Assembly: GCA_965213675.1 (NCBI GenBank)
Contig: OZ243916.1
Location: 2,528,001 to 2,592,000 of the forward strand
DNA: 64,000 bases
Source of the DNA: an uncultured Candidatus Binatia bacterium
GTDB taxonomy: Bacteria > Desulfobacterota > Binatia > UBA9968 > JAJDTQ01
Direction: 5' to 3'
The stretch's first letter is position 1; every line of letters begins with the position of its first letter. Below are positions 45,668-55,800 of this stretch, one piece after another. The position numbers and the translations under genes are program-made. The notes beneath the pieces were generated by a model. It was not told the origin of the DNA, searched no databases, and saw only the letters and a list, made by a program, of their open reading frames with translations.

Positions 45668-46867
45668 TCACCGTGCGACTCCGGCGTTGCCAGCGACAGC
45701 CGCGTTCAGAGCCCATCTGTTTCCCGGCAACTGTCTGAGCAGGCCCTGAAGCTCCAGCTCCAGTAGAACCTCACCGACCTGCTGGGCAAGAAGACCCGTT
45801 CGGTCCATGATCTCGTCGATTTGCCGGGGGCCGGCCTCCAGAGTCCGCAGGACCGCGCCGGCCGCGCCACCGGGCAGTTCACGGGCGGGACCGTCCTCTC
45901 CCGATTCCACCGGCGCTCCCGGACGAGCGTCGCGTTCCGCGGCCTGCGCCGCCAGTTGGGGCGCGATCTCCTCAATGACATCGCTCACGTCCTCCACCAG
46001 CTTGGCTCCCTGCCGGATGAGCCGATGGGGGCCGCGGCTGCGGCTGGCGCGCGCCGGGCCGGGCACGGCGAAGACCTCGCGCCCCTGTTCCAGGGCCAGG
46101 CGCGCCGTGATGAGGGAACCGCTGCGTTCGGTGGCCTCCACCACCACCACGCCCAGGGACAACCCACTGATGAGGCGGTTGCGCGACGGAAAGTGGCGCG
46201 CCAGCGGACGCGTGCCCAGGGGATGCTCCGAGAGCACCGCGCCGCTCCCCTCGATACGACGGCTCAGGTCACGGTGCTCGGGCGGATAGGGTACGTCCAC
46301 CCCCGAACCCAGCGCTGCCACGGTCCAGCCGCCGCCGTCGAGGGCCGCCTCGTGGGCGTGGCGGTCGATGCCCCGGGCCATGCCGCTCGCCACCACGATG
46401 CCCGCCGCGGCCAACCCCCGGCACAGCAGCCGGGTCATCTCGCGCCCGTAGTCGCTCGGTGCGCGCGTCCCGACGACACCCACCGCCGCATACCCCGCCA
46501 CCTCCGGCGCCCCCCGGACGTAGAGCACCGGGGGCGGATCGTGTATGGCGCGCAGCCGTTCCGGATACGCCGGGTCCGTGTACCGCACCAGCCGCACCCC
46601 GGCTTCGCGCACCCGCCGCATCTCTTCCGCCACACGGTCCCACGCCGAGAACGCGAGCAGCCCTTTCACCGCGGGCCGGGTCAGCCCGTCAATCTCGCGC
46701 AACGCGCCGCGCCCGGCGAAGAACGCTTCGGTGGGGTCCTGAAAGGCTTCCGCGAGCCGCCGGAACCCTACGCAACCAAGGCCCGAAACTTCACCGAACG
46801 CGAGCCAGGCGAGGTCCCTCCGGCTCTCGCCCGCTGTCCCGTCGAACGCGCCCGCCGCACCGCGCAC
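45668..46867 (-). CDS. dprA: DNA-processing protein DprA
   Basis: Motifs YPERLRAIHDPPPVLY, VVGTR, SGMARGID, FPSRNRLISGLS and EATERSGSLITA, with a C-terminal wHTH (LLELELQG). The GTG start abuts the der stop. Confidence 0.93.
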   Translation of the reverse strand: MRGAAGAFDGTAGESRRDLAWLAFGEVSGLGCVGFRRLAEAFQDPTEAFFAGRGALREIDGLTRPAVKGLLAFSAWDRVAEEMRRVREAGVRLVRYTDPAYPERLRAIHDPPPVLYVRGAPEVAGYAAVGVVGTRAPSDYGREMTRLLCRGLAAAGIVVASGMARGIDRHAHEAALDGGGWTVAALGSGVDVPYPPEHRDLSRRIEGSGAVLSEHPLGTRPLARHFPSRNRLISGLSLGVVVVEATERSGSLITARLALEQGREVFAVPGPARASRSRGPHRLIRQGAKLVEDVSDVIEEIAPQLAAQAAERDARPGAPVESGEDGPARELPGGAAGAVLRTLEAGPRQIDEIMDRTGLLAQQVGEVLLELELQGLLRQLPGNRWALNAAVAGNAGVAR

Positions 46868-48210
46868 TACTTCTCTTCCTTGCCCGCGCGCGCCCGGAAG
46901 GTGAGGCGCAGGGGCGAGTGCTCCAGGCCCAGCTCTCCGCGCAGCGCCTTTACGAGGTAGCGCTGGTAGCCGGCGCCGAAGCCTTCGGGATTGTTCACGA
47001 ACAGGGTGAACGTCGGCGGGCGCACGTCCGTCTGCGTGGCGTAATAGATCTTCATGGGGCGCCCGCGAAGCTGCGGAGCGCCATGGCGCTCCGCAAGACG
47101 CCGCAACACCCGGTTGAGCACCGGGGTCTTGATCCACCGCCGCTGCCCCTCGCCCACCCGAATCACCGTATCCATCAGCCTGTTCATGCCCGAACCCTCC
47201 ATTGCCGACAAAGATACAATCGGCACGTGATCGGCGAACGGTAGCCGCTGGTGCAAAAAATTCCGGTATTCGCGCAGACTCACCTGTTCCGTGTCCAACA
47301 GATCCCACTTGTTGATGCCCAGGACCATGCCCTTGCCCCGCTGCGAGGCATAGGACATCACCTGTGCGTCCTGGTCGGTCACGCCTTCGGCCGCGTCCAG
47401 GAGATGGATGACCACGTCCCCGGCGTCCACCGAGCGCAGGGCGCGGCTCACGCTGTAACGCTCCACCGGATCCACCACCCGCGCCTTGCGCCGGATGCCC
47501 GCCGTATCGGTGAGGCGGCAAACCGTTCCGTTCCAGGTGAAATCGGCCTGAAGCGCGTCCCGGGTGGTGCCGGGCCGGGCATCCACCAGGGAACGGTCGT
47601 AGCCCAGAAGCCGGTTCACCAGCGTGGACTTGCCCACGTTGGGGCGGCCCACCACCGCCAGCGCCAGGGTCTCCACCCCATGGCGGGCACCCGCCGCTTC
47701 CCGTGGCAGGGCGTCCACCACCTCCTGCATCAGGTCCGCGACCCCGAGCCCATGCTCCGCCGAGAGCGGATAAAGGCGTTCCACCCCCAATCGGTAGAAT
47801 TCGTAGAGATCGCTTTCGCGCGGCCCGGTGTCGAGCTTGTTCACCGCATAGAACACGGGCTTGGAGGCCTGCCGCAGCAGTTTCACCGCAGCCGTGTCCG
47901 GCGGCATGGGGCCGGTGCGGCCGTCCAGAAGGAACACGATGACGTCGGCCTCGGCCACCGCGGTCATGGTCTGTTGCAGGATGCGCCCCTTGAGTCCCTC
48001 GCGCTCGTCCGGCTCCATCCCCCCGGTGTCCACCAGCACGAAGCCATGCCGGCGCCACGACACCTCGTTGTAGTTGCGGTCCCGGGTCACCCCCGGCTGA
48101 TCGCCCACGATGGCGCGGCGCGCGCGGCTCAGGCGGTTGAACAGCGTGGACTTGCCCACGTTGGGCCGTCCCACGATGGCCACCACCGGCAAATTTTCGG
48201 ATGTCTTCAT
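46867..48210 (-). CDS. der: Ribosome biogenesis GTPase Der (EngA)
   Basis: Two GRPNVGKST P-loops, DTGG/DTAG, NKLD/NKWD and a KH-like C-terminus. Confidence 0.97.
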   Translation of the reverse strand: MKTSENLPVVAIVGRPNVGKSTLFNRLSRARRAIVGDQPGVTRDRNYNEVSWRRHGFVLVDTGGMEPDEREGLKGRILQQTMTAVAEADVIVFLLDGRTGPMPPDTAAVKLLRQASKPVFYAVNKLDTGPRESDLYEFYRLGVERLYPLSAEHGLGVADLMQEVVDALPREAAGARHGVETLALAVVGRPNVGKSTLVNRLLGYDRSLVDARPGTTRDALQADFTWNGTVCRLTDTAGIRRKARVVDPVERYSVSRALRSVDAGDVVIHLLDAAEGVTDQDAQVMSYASQRGKGMVLGINKWDLLDTEQVSLREYRNFLHQRLPFADHVPIVSLSAMEGSGMNRLMDTVIRVGEGQRRWIKTPVLNRVLRRLAERHGAPQLRGRPMKIYYATQTDVRPPTFTLFVNNPEGFGAGYQRYLVKALRGELGLEHSPLRLTFRARAGKEEK

Positions 48211-48332
48211 GTTCCGCTTGATTCAGTGTCCTTGGCGGTAGAACGTCGCCCCACACCGTCATTCCGGCGGAACAGGCGTGTCAAAACTCCGCCTCCGAGG
48301 CGGAGTCCCGCATACGGGCGCCGCGAAGTCCG

Positions 48333-49262
48333 CTACAGTCCGAAGGCCGCCAGACTCCGCGGGTCCCGGCTCCAGCCGGGCGTGGCCTTGACCGCGAGTT
48401 CCAGGTAGACGCGGCAACCGAGCAGCCGTTCGAGGTCCTCCCGCGCGGCGGTGCCCGTCTCCTTGAGCGCCGCGCCACGCTTGCCGATGAGGATCGGCTT
48501 GTGGCTGTCCCGCTCGGTGTGGATGGTGGCGGCGATGACCACGAGGGCGCCGTCGTTCTTCTCCTCGAAGCGCTGCACCGATACTGCGGTGCCGTAGGGA
48601 ATTTCCTGACGGGTGCGCAGAAAGACCTTTTCGCGGATGATCTCCGCGGCGATGAAGCGTTCCGTCTGGTCGGTCAATTCATCCCCGGGAAAATAACGCG
48701 GCCCCACGGGCAACCGGTCGAGGATCCCCTCCACCAACAGCGGCACGTTCTCCCCGGTGCGCGCGCTGAGCGGCACGATCTCGCGCTCGGGCAGCAACGC
48801 CGCCAACCGCGCCATCACCGGCAATAGCCGCCCCTTGGCCACCGCGTCGATCTTGTTCAGCGCGATCAGGGTGGGGTGGCGGCTGCTGGCGAGGATCCCG
48901 GCGATGTCCTCGTCATCCCCGCGGATGCCGCCGCGCGCATCCACCACCCACACCACCGCCTCGACATCGCCCAACGAGCGCCTGGCCACATCCACCATGC
49001 GCCGGTTCAACAGAGAACGGGCGCGATGGATGCCCGGCGTATCCAACAACAAGATCTGACCCCGAGGGTCCGTCTTGATGCCCAGGATCCGGTTGCGCGT
49101 GGTCTGCGGCCGGGGCGAGACGATGGCGATCTTCTCACCCAGGAGCTGGTTCAGCAGCGTGGACTTGCCGACGTTGGGGCGCCCCAGGAGCGCGACGAAT
49201 CCCGACCGGAACTCCGCCGACTCCGGCGCGTGCCCCTCAAGCATGGCCTCGTCTTCCCCCAT
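48333..49262 (-). CDS. era: GTPase Era
   Basis: Motifs SGFVALLGRPNVGKSTL, PQTTR, DTPG, NKID, QEIPY and the KH motif IGKRG. Confidence 0.96.
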   Translation of the reverse strand: MGEDEAMLEGHAPESAEFRSGFVALLGRPNVGKSTLLNQLLGEKIAIVSPRPQTTRNRILGIKTDPRGQILLLDTPGIHRARSLLNRRMVDVARRSLGDVEAVVWVVDARGGIRGDDEDIAGILASSRHPTLIALNKIDAVAKGRLLPVMARLAALLPEREIVPLSARTGENVPLLVEGILDRLPVGPRYFPGDELTDQTERFIAAEIIREKVFLRTRQEIPYGTAVSVQRFEEKNDGALVVIAATIHTERDSHKPILIGKRGAALKETGTAAREDLERLLGCRVYLELAVKATPGWSRDPRSLAAFGL

Positions 49263-49365
49263 GGCGTCATTATGGCACGGCGGGCGACGCAAAGTGAATG
49301 AAAAAGAAGGATTGGCCACAACTTGTGACAGGAAATCTCATGTGACAGATCCTATGCAACGGGCG

Positions 49366-52300
49366 TCACCGTGCCCGGCGCACGTGCAGGAAGGCGCGCA
49401 ACGCCAAGTCCAGCAGGAAGACGCCGAGGCCGGCGGCCGCCAACGCCCACCAGATGCCCCGGACCGAGGCCGACGCGTCGGGGTCGGCGGTGAACAGGCG
49501 CCCGATGTCCTCCGACAGGGTGTCCGGGCGCAACACCTTGCCGCCGGTCTCCCGGGCCAACCGCTCCAGCAACTCGCGGTTGGCGTTCATGTCGCGATAC
49601 TCCCGCGAGAACGGAACGATGAACGGGATGGTGAAGGCGACCGCGGGCGCGCCGGGACGCGGCGGCAAGCCCGGCGACAAGGACGACGACAACGCCGGAG
49701 CGGACGCAGGCGTCGGGCCGCCCTCCGGAGCGCCGCCCGACGGCTGCTGGACGGTAAGCAGGTTGATGCCCCGGCTGGGAGTGGCGAAGCGGGTCTCGTA
49801 GCGGCCTGGCGCCACCTGCCGGAAGTGTTCCTGCTGCAAGGTCTCGTCGGCGCGGGTGAGCAGCCCCTGGAGATTCAGGTGGTTCACCGGCCGTCCCGAG
49901 GCCGAGAAGAAGTCCACCACCGCGCTCATGGACTCGCCCTCGCGCACGAAATTCGTGCGCAGCCGGTGGTCGGAGACGTTCCTCACCGCCAGCCGGGCCA
50001 TCTGCGCGGCCCACCTGGAGAACCCCGGCCACTGCACCCAGTGGCGCCCCCAGCGGCCCGACACATCGGAGGTAAAGGCGTACACCTGGCCCAGCCCGTG
50101 GCGCCACGAGACGAGCAACGGGTCCTCGCCGGCGCGCAGATGGACCTCGGCGCCGGGCTTCACGTGCGTCAGCACGTATCCCAGGATCGGCGGCAGTTCC
50201 GCGGTGAGCCCGCGCATGGGCCCCGCCACCCCCAGCGCCACCGGCGTCACGGTCTTCTCCACCAGCAGATCCCGCGAGATGAGCAGCGTCTCGGTGGTGA
50301 AGATCTGCGGGATGGTGCGCGGGTCCACGGTGGCGTAGCTGCGACCCTGGCCGCCTTGGGCGAGCCGGGTCATGAGCCGGCGATCGGCGTCGCCGCCGAT
50401 GGAGACCGTGGACACGGTGATGCGCTCCCCGGCCATACGCGTCACCTGCGCCACGAGGTCCGCCTTTTCGGTAAGCCCGTCGGACAGCACCAGCACATGC
50501 TTGATGGCGGCCTCCTCGGCGGCAAGGACGCGATGGCCTTCCACCATGGCCTTGAGGAGATCGGTGCCACCGTCGGGGGTGAGCCCGGCGACGTCCCCGG
50601 CGATACTCTCCCCGCCACCGGCCTGGCGGAACGGCACCACCCATTCCCAGTTGGAGTCGAACGCCAGGATGCCGATTTCATCGCCCGGATTGAGCAACTC
50701 GGCGGACGCCATCGTCGCGGCCTTGGCCAGGTCCAGCTTGGTGGTGCCGAAGGGGCCGCTGCCCATGCTGCCGGACTTGTCCACCACGAAGAGCAGCGCC
50801 ACGTGGGGCAGTTCCATGCGCACCGGCGGGCGCATCTCCACCGGCAGCGTCTGCTCCAGCGGCGTGCGGTAGTAGCCGCCGGCGCCGTAGCTGCGGGCGC
50901 CGCCGAGCACGATGAGGCCGCCGCCGAGATCGCGCACGAAGCGTTCGATACGCTCCATCTTCACTTGGGAGAGCTGGTAGGCCGGGACGTTGTCCAGCAC
51001 CAACAGGTCGAAGCCGGACAGTTCGGGCAGCGTGAGATTGGCCCGCGCCGGGGTCTTCTCCACCACCTCGTAACCCTGGACCCGGAGCGCCTCGGCCATG
51101 AAGCGGCGCGCCGCGTCCGCGCCGTGGAGGTAGAGGATGCGGGAAGGTCCCTTGACGCTGACGATGCCCTGCAACAGGTTGTTCTCGGCCAGCACGTCCG
51201 CGGCCGCCTCCACCATCAGCTCGTAGGTGTGCGTGCCGCGCCGCTCCACGCTGTCGGTGAAGCTGAGCCAGTTGGCCCCGGGAGCCAGTTCCCGGCGGGT
51301 GGAGCGGATCACGCGTCCGTCGCGCAGCAGGGAGATGTTCGCCGACGACGCCGCGGCGCTGGTGAGGGCGGCCTTGATCTCGAAGGTCTCGCCGCTGTCC
51401 ACCACCGAGGGCGCCTGGAAATCGGACAGGTAGACCTCGTTCCGGCCTTCCGCGAGGCTCACCGGATACGGCCACACGGCCACGCCGTGGGAACGCAGCA
51501 TGGGCAGCACCCGCTCCACCGAGCCGCGGTTCTCGTTGGCGTCGGAGATGAGCAGGATGCGGCTCTCGCGCCCCTCGCTCAACTCCCCCAAGGCCCCTTG
51601 AATGGCCGCCGCCAGGTCGGTGACGTCGCGCTCGGGCGGCGGCGGCAGCTCGCTCACCGGGATCTCCCCAGTGGGGAGAAACTCCCACTGGGGACGCCGC
51701 GCAAAGGCAAAGAGCCCCAGGCGAACCTTGGGATTCACCCGTTCCCGCGCGCGCTCCAGCACGTCCGCGGCGCGCGCGCGGGCCTCCTCTCCAACACTGT
51801 GGGATAGGTCCACGGCCATGACCACGTCCAGCTCGGGATCCTCCGCCAGCATGCGCGGGTTCACCAGCGCCAGCGCCAGAACCGCCGCCGCGGGAATCCG
51901 CAGCCACAGCGGCCGCAGCGACCGGCGCGCGCGGCACACCACCACACACTCCGCCAGGAGAAGGGCCAGACCCAGCGCCAGCAGCGCCGGCCACAGGTCG
52001 AAGCGCGCTCCCGGGACATGGCCGGCCGCTGCCGGCGCCGCCTCCGACGGCTCGGCCCGATACGAGGGGCGGATGCGCGACTCCTCCTCGCTGAACAGGT
52101 TCACCGCGAACTCGCCATCGCCGCGCGGCCCGCGGAACTGGTAGAAACCCACCTCCTCGGTGTCGCCGTAGGTGCCGGTGCGTTCCCGGGTTTCCACGGG
52201 TACGGTCTCGCCCGACGGGCTCACGAACACCAGTTGTTCCCCGTCCACGCCCACGTCGGCCACGAACGGCAGGCCCGCGGCCACCTGGCTGGCGGGAAAC

Positions 52301-53775
52301 TCCCGGGACGCCGGCCGGAACCAGGAGAAGGCGTTGCGCACCAGCAACGGGAACGATACCCGGAACGGAAGGTCCGAGCGGGCGAGGTCGAAGGCGAACA
52401 CCAGCGCCTTGAGGTCGCCCTCTTCCACCGCGTGGATCAAGGGGCCGCCGGCGGACGCCGCCAGGGTCACGCCCCTGCCATCGTCCACCGCAAGCGCCAG
52501 GGCGTCGCGCACCACCAGCCCATCGAGGCGCACCCCCGCAGTCAGCGGATGCGCGGCATCGGCCGCCGCCAACGCCGGCCGCGGGGTCACGCCGGCGACG
52601 CGGAGCCCCAATCCCTCCGGCACCGTGCGCAGCAGGATGAAGTTACCGCGCTCAAGGGGCGGCGCCGGCACCCGGTCGAGCATCACCACGTCATAGGCCG
52701 CCACCTGCTCGGTGACCCGATCCTCCGGGATGCGGTCGATGCGCGCCAGGGTCACGTGGGGGAAATAGCGCAACAGCCGCTCCAGATACGGGTTGCCGGG
52801 TCCCACGTAAAGCACCCGCGTGGGGCGCTCGTCCGGGAAGGACAGATAGGCGCGGTTGTCGGTCTGGAGATCGTCGTCCACGGCCAACAGGGCGGTGGCG
52901 CGCCCGCGCAGCGGCCCCGGCACGCTGTAGATAAGCACCTCGCGGGCGGACGGCCCGAGGGACAGCAGCGCGCGGCTCACCACCCGGTCGGCCACCGTGA
53001 CCACCAAGGGCGCATGTACCGGCTGCTCGGTGAAGTTCTGCACCAGCACCATGGCCTCGTACTCGTCGGCTTCCCCGGCTACCCGGCGGAACTGGAACCC
53101 CAGGATGCCGACGTTGTCGGCGCCGCCCTGCACCTGCGCCAACTCCAGGTAGGATGCCGCCCACGGCAAGTCCTCGATGCCCGCGAAGGCGCCGTCGGTG
53201 AGCACCACCACCCGGTGCGGCCCCTGGCGCTTGAGGAACGTGTGCGCCAGCAGCACCGCCTCCTTCACTGGAGCCTCGACGTCGGTGGCGGCCAACTCCC
53301 GCGCCGCGCGCCGCAGCCGGTCCCGGTCGCGGGTGAAGGGCTGGACCACCACCGGCTCCGCCGCCGCCCCGATGATCATCATGCGATCATGGGCGCCGAG
53401 CCCGTCGATGCGCCGGAGCAGTTCCTCCCGCGCGGCGTCGAAGCGCATGCCGGACGCGCCGCTTGCCTTCATGCTGGCGCTCTGGTCCATCACCGCCACC
53501 CAGTCGCGGGCGCCCGCGCCCACGCCCAGGAGCGCGGGCGCCGCCAGCGCGGTGATGACCGCGAGGGCCGCCAGAAGCTGCAGGATCAACGGCAGGTTGC
53601 GGTGCCAGAGCCAGCCCAGGCGGCGGCCCATGGGACGTTCCCGCAGCACCTTCTCCAGCAGGAACAACGCGGTCACGGACACACGTTCGCCCCTGGGCCG
53701 GAGACTGTTGAGCAGCAGGATCAGGGGCACCGCTCCCAGAAGCAGAAAGAAGGCGGTGGGAAAGAGCCAGAGCAC
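49366..53775 (-). CDS. Large membrane-anchored protein: BatA-like anchor, three VWA/MIDAS domains and GATase-like domains
   Basis: N-terminal double-TM anchor (LILQLLAALAVITALAAP); MIDAS motifs DQSASM, DLSHSV and DKSGSM; GGGLIVLGG..SYGAGGY; internal and C-terminal TM helices. Confidence 0.8.
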   Translation of the reverse strand: MLWLFPTAFFLLLGAVPLILLLNSLRPRGERVSVTALFLLEKVLRERPMGRRLGWLWHRNLPLILQLLAALAVITALAAPALLGVGAGARDWVAVMDQSASMKASGASGMRFDAAREELLRRIDGLGAHDRMMIIGAAAEPVVVQPFTRDRDRLRRAARELAATDVEAPVKEAVLLAHTFLKRQGPHRVVVLTDGAFAGIEDLPWAASYLELAQVQGGADNVGILGFQFRRVAGEADEYEAMVLVQNFTEQPVHAPLVVTVADRVVSRALLSLGPSAREVLIYSVPGPLRGRATALLAVDDDLQTDNRAYLSFPDERPTRVLYVGPGNPYLERLLRYFPHVTLARIDRIPEDRVTEQVAAYDVVMLDRVPAPPLERGNFILLRTVPEGLGLRVAGVTPRPALAAADAAHPLTAGVRLDGLVVRDALALAVDDGRGVTLAASAGGPLIHAVEEGDLKALVFAFDLARSDLPFRVSFPLLVRNAFSWFRPASREFPASQVAAGLPFVADVGVDGEQLVFVSPSGETVPVETRERTGTYGDTEEVGFYQFRGPRGDGEFAVNLFSEEESRIRPSYRAEPSEAAPAAAGHVPGARFDLWPALLALGLALLLAECVVVCRARRSLRPLWLRIPAAAVLALALVNPRMLAEDPELDVVMAVDLSHSVGEEARARAADVLERARERVNPKVRLGLFAFARRPQWEFLPTGEIPVSELPPPPERDVTDLAAAIQGALGELSEGRESRILLISDANENRGSVERVLPMLRSHGVAVWPYPVSLAEGRNEVYLSDFQAPSVVDSGETFEIKAALTSAAASSANISLLRDGRVIRSTRRELAPGANWLSFTDSVERRGTHTYELMVEAAADVLAENNLLQGIVSVKGPSRILYLHGADAARRFMAEALRVQGYEVVEKTPARANLTLPELSGFDLLVLDNVPAYQLSQVKMERIERFVRDLGGGLIVLGGARSYGAGGYYRTPLEQTLPVEMRPPVRMELPHVALLFVVDKSGSMGSGPFGTTKLDLAKAATMASAELLNPGDEIGILAFDSNWEWVVPFRQAGGGESIAGDVAGLTPDGGTDLLKAMVEGHRVLAAEEAAIKHVLVLSDGLTEKADLVAQVTRMAGERITVSTVSIGGDADRRLMTRLAQGGQGRSYATVDPRTIPQIFTTETLLISRDLLVEKTVTPVALGVAGPMRGLTAELPPILGYVLTHVKPGAEVHLRAGEDPLLVSWRHGLGQVYAFTSDVSGRWGRHWVQWPGFSRWAAQMARLAVRNVSDHRLRTNFVREGESMSAVVDFFSASGRPVNHLNLQGLLTRADETLQQEHFRQVAPGRYETRFATPSRGINLLTVQQPSGGAPEGGPTPASAPALSSSLSPGLPPRPGAPAVAFTIPFIVPFSREYRDMNANRELLERLARETGGKVLRPDTLSEDIGRLFTADPDASASVRGIWWALAAAGLGVFLLDLALRAFLHVRRAR

Positions 53776-53779
53776 GGGG

Positions 53780-54673
53780 TTATCCGGGTCGTCTTTCCTG
53801 GGTCAGGTAGCGCAGGACGAAGTCGTCAAAGGGGACGGCGCTGGTGGTGCGCCGGTAGTCCATGGCCTGGCTCTCGCAAAAACGCCGGGTGCCGTCGAAG
53901 TACGCTTCCAACTCCCGGTGGAAGCGTTCCGCCAGGTCGCGGTCGAGGAACACGCGCCGCTCCCGGTCGCTCTCCACGTCCACCAGGGACATGTCGCCGT
54001 CGGCCTCCAGGCGGTTCTCGCCCTCCCCGAGGACGTGCACCACCAGGACATCGTGCCGCTTCCGCGCCAGCTCCTCCAGCCCGGCGCGGCACCCGGCCAC
54101 GTCCAGCAGGTCGCTGAACAGCACCACCAGACCCGGCCGCGGATACTGTCGGGTGAAAGTCTTCATCGAAGACTCCAGGTTGGTGCGGCCTGCGGGAGTC
54201 AATTCCTCCAGAAAGTGAAACAGCGAGAGGATCTGGCGCCGGGTGCGCGCCGGCGGCAACTGCGCTTCCACGTCTCCGGCAAAGCCCATGGCCCCGACCC
54301 GGTCATGGGTCTTGAGGCCGATGTAGCCCAGTGCCGCGGCCACGTTCTTGGCGAACTCCAGCTTGGCCGGGTCGCCCTGAGCCATGGACAGGCTGGCGTC
54401 CAGCAGGAGATACACGGTGATCTCCTCCTCGGCCGTGAACACCTTGAGCAGCAGCCGCTCCAGGCGCCCGTAGACGTTCCAGTCCACGTAGCGCAGGTCA
54501 TCGCCGTGGCTGTACTTGCGGAAGTCCGAAAACTCCAGGCTGAACCCCTTGCGGATGGTCGGATGCTCGCCCCGGGTCACGCCCCAGCTCAAACGCTTGG
54601 CCACCAGGCGCAGCTTGTCCAGCCGCGCCAGGAAGTCGGGCTCGAGGAAGCGGTGCGCCTCGGCCTCCGCCAT
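53780..54673 (-). CDS. DUF58 family protein (MoxR-associated, VWA-like)
   Basis: Motifs SLEFSDFRKY..GDDLRYVDWNVYGR and DASLSM. Confidence 0.9.
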   Translation of the reverse strand: MAEAEAHRFLEPDFLARLDKLRLVAKRLSWGVTRGEHPTIRKGFSLEFSDFRKYSHGDDLRYVDWNVYGRLERLLLKVFTAEEEITVYLLLDASLSMAQGDPAKLEFAKNVAAALGYIGLKTHDRVGAMGFAGDVEAQLPPARTRRQILSLFHFLEELTPAGRTNLESSMKTFTRQYPRPGLVVLFSDLLDVAGCRAGLEELARKRHDVLVVHVLGEGENRLEADGDMSLVDVESDRERRVFLDRDLAERFHRELEAYFDGTRRFCESQAMDYRRTTSAVPFDDFVLRYLTQERRPG

Positions 54674-55704
54674 CAGGCGCGCACCTCCGGCACCCGCGCC
54701 ACGACCTCTTCCAGCACGGCTTCCGGCGCGATGCCCGAGGCCTCCGCCGCCAGGTTGAGCAGCAGGCGGTGGCGCAGGCTCGGCATCAGATCGCGGCGGA
54801 TGTCCTCGAACGAGACGTTGGGCCGACCGGAAAGCAGCGCCCGCGCCTTGGCCGCCAGGATGACCGCCTGCAGGCCGCGGGGGCTGGCGCCGTACTGCAC
54901 ATACTGGCGCGCCAGCTCGGTGCTGTGTTCGGTCTCGGAGTGGGTCGCCATCACCAGCCGCACCGCGTAGTCGCGCACCGCGGCGGCCAGCGGCACCGCC
55001 CGCACCGCCTCGCGCATCTCCAGCACGGACGCCGCCGCCAACACCTTGGCGAGGGCCCCGGACGGCGCGGCCGTGGTGAGATCGGCGATCCGCTCCAACT
55101 CGTCGTACGAAGGATACCGAACGATGAGCTTGAAGAAGAAGCGATCCACCTGCGCCTCCGGCAAGGGATAGGTCCCCTCCATCTCGATGGGGTTCTGGGT
55201 GGCCAGGACCATGAACGGGCTGGGGATGGCATGGAGCGCGCCGCCCGCGGTGACGCTCTGCTCCTGCATCGCCTCCAGCAACGCCGACTGGGTCTTGGGC
55301 GTGGCCCGGTTGATCTCGTCGGCCAGCACGATGTTGGCAAACACCGGACCCGCCTCGAACACGAACACCTTGCGTCCCGACGCGTCCTCGTTGACCACGT
55401 TGGTGCCGGTGATGTCCGCGGGCATGAGGTCAGGGGTGAACTGGATGCGCGAGAAGCGCAGGTCCATGAGTTCCCCCAGCGAGCGCACGATCAACGTCTT
55501 GCCCAGACCCGGCACCCCCTCCAGCAGGCAGTGCCCGCCGCACACCAGCGCGATGAAGACGCCCTCGATGAGATCCTCGTGACCCACCACGGCCTTGTGC
55601 ATCTCGCTCTTGACTTCTTCGAACGCCCGCTGTGCGCTCTCCATGCGGGCGCGCACGTCGTCGGTGGTGGTATTGTCGTGGGTTGCTTCCAGTGTCACGG
55701 CCAC
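54673..55704 (-). CDS. moxR: MoxR family AAA+ ATPase
   Basis: Motifs LEGVPGLGKT, RIQFTPDLMPADITG, DEINRATPKTQSALLEAMQE and ATQNPIEMEGTYPLPEAQ.DRF. Confidence 0.95.
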   Translation of the reverse strand: MAVTLEATHDNTTTDDVRARMESAQRAFEEVKSEMHKAVVGHEDLIEGVFIALVCGGHCLLEGVPGLGKTLIVRSLGELMDLRFSRIQFTPDLMPADITGTNVVNEDASGRKVFVFEAGPVFANIVLADEINRATPKTQSALLEAMQEQSVTAGGALHAIPSPFMVLATQNPIEMEGTYPLPEAQVDRFFFKLIVRYPSYDELERIADLTTAAPSGALAKVLAAASVLEMREAVRAVPLAAAVRDYAVRLVMATHSETEHSTELARQYVQYGASPRGLQAVILAAKARALLSGRPNVSFEDIRRDLMPSLRHRLLLNLAAEASGIAPEAVLEEVVARVPEVRA

Positions 55705-55800
55705 GTTGCTCCCCGAAAGCCGGCGGCGGCAGAACGCGGGCGCGGGCGGATCGGTGATCCGCTTCCACGTCCGCGCCCTGCGGCGGCGCGGGGCTTCCGA

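Noticed and set aside
45668-48262. 864-aa ORF suggesting a long DprA fusion
   Set aside because: The upstream half is an alternative frame over der. DprA starts at about 46867.
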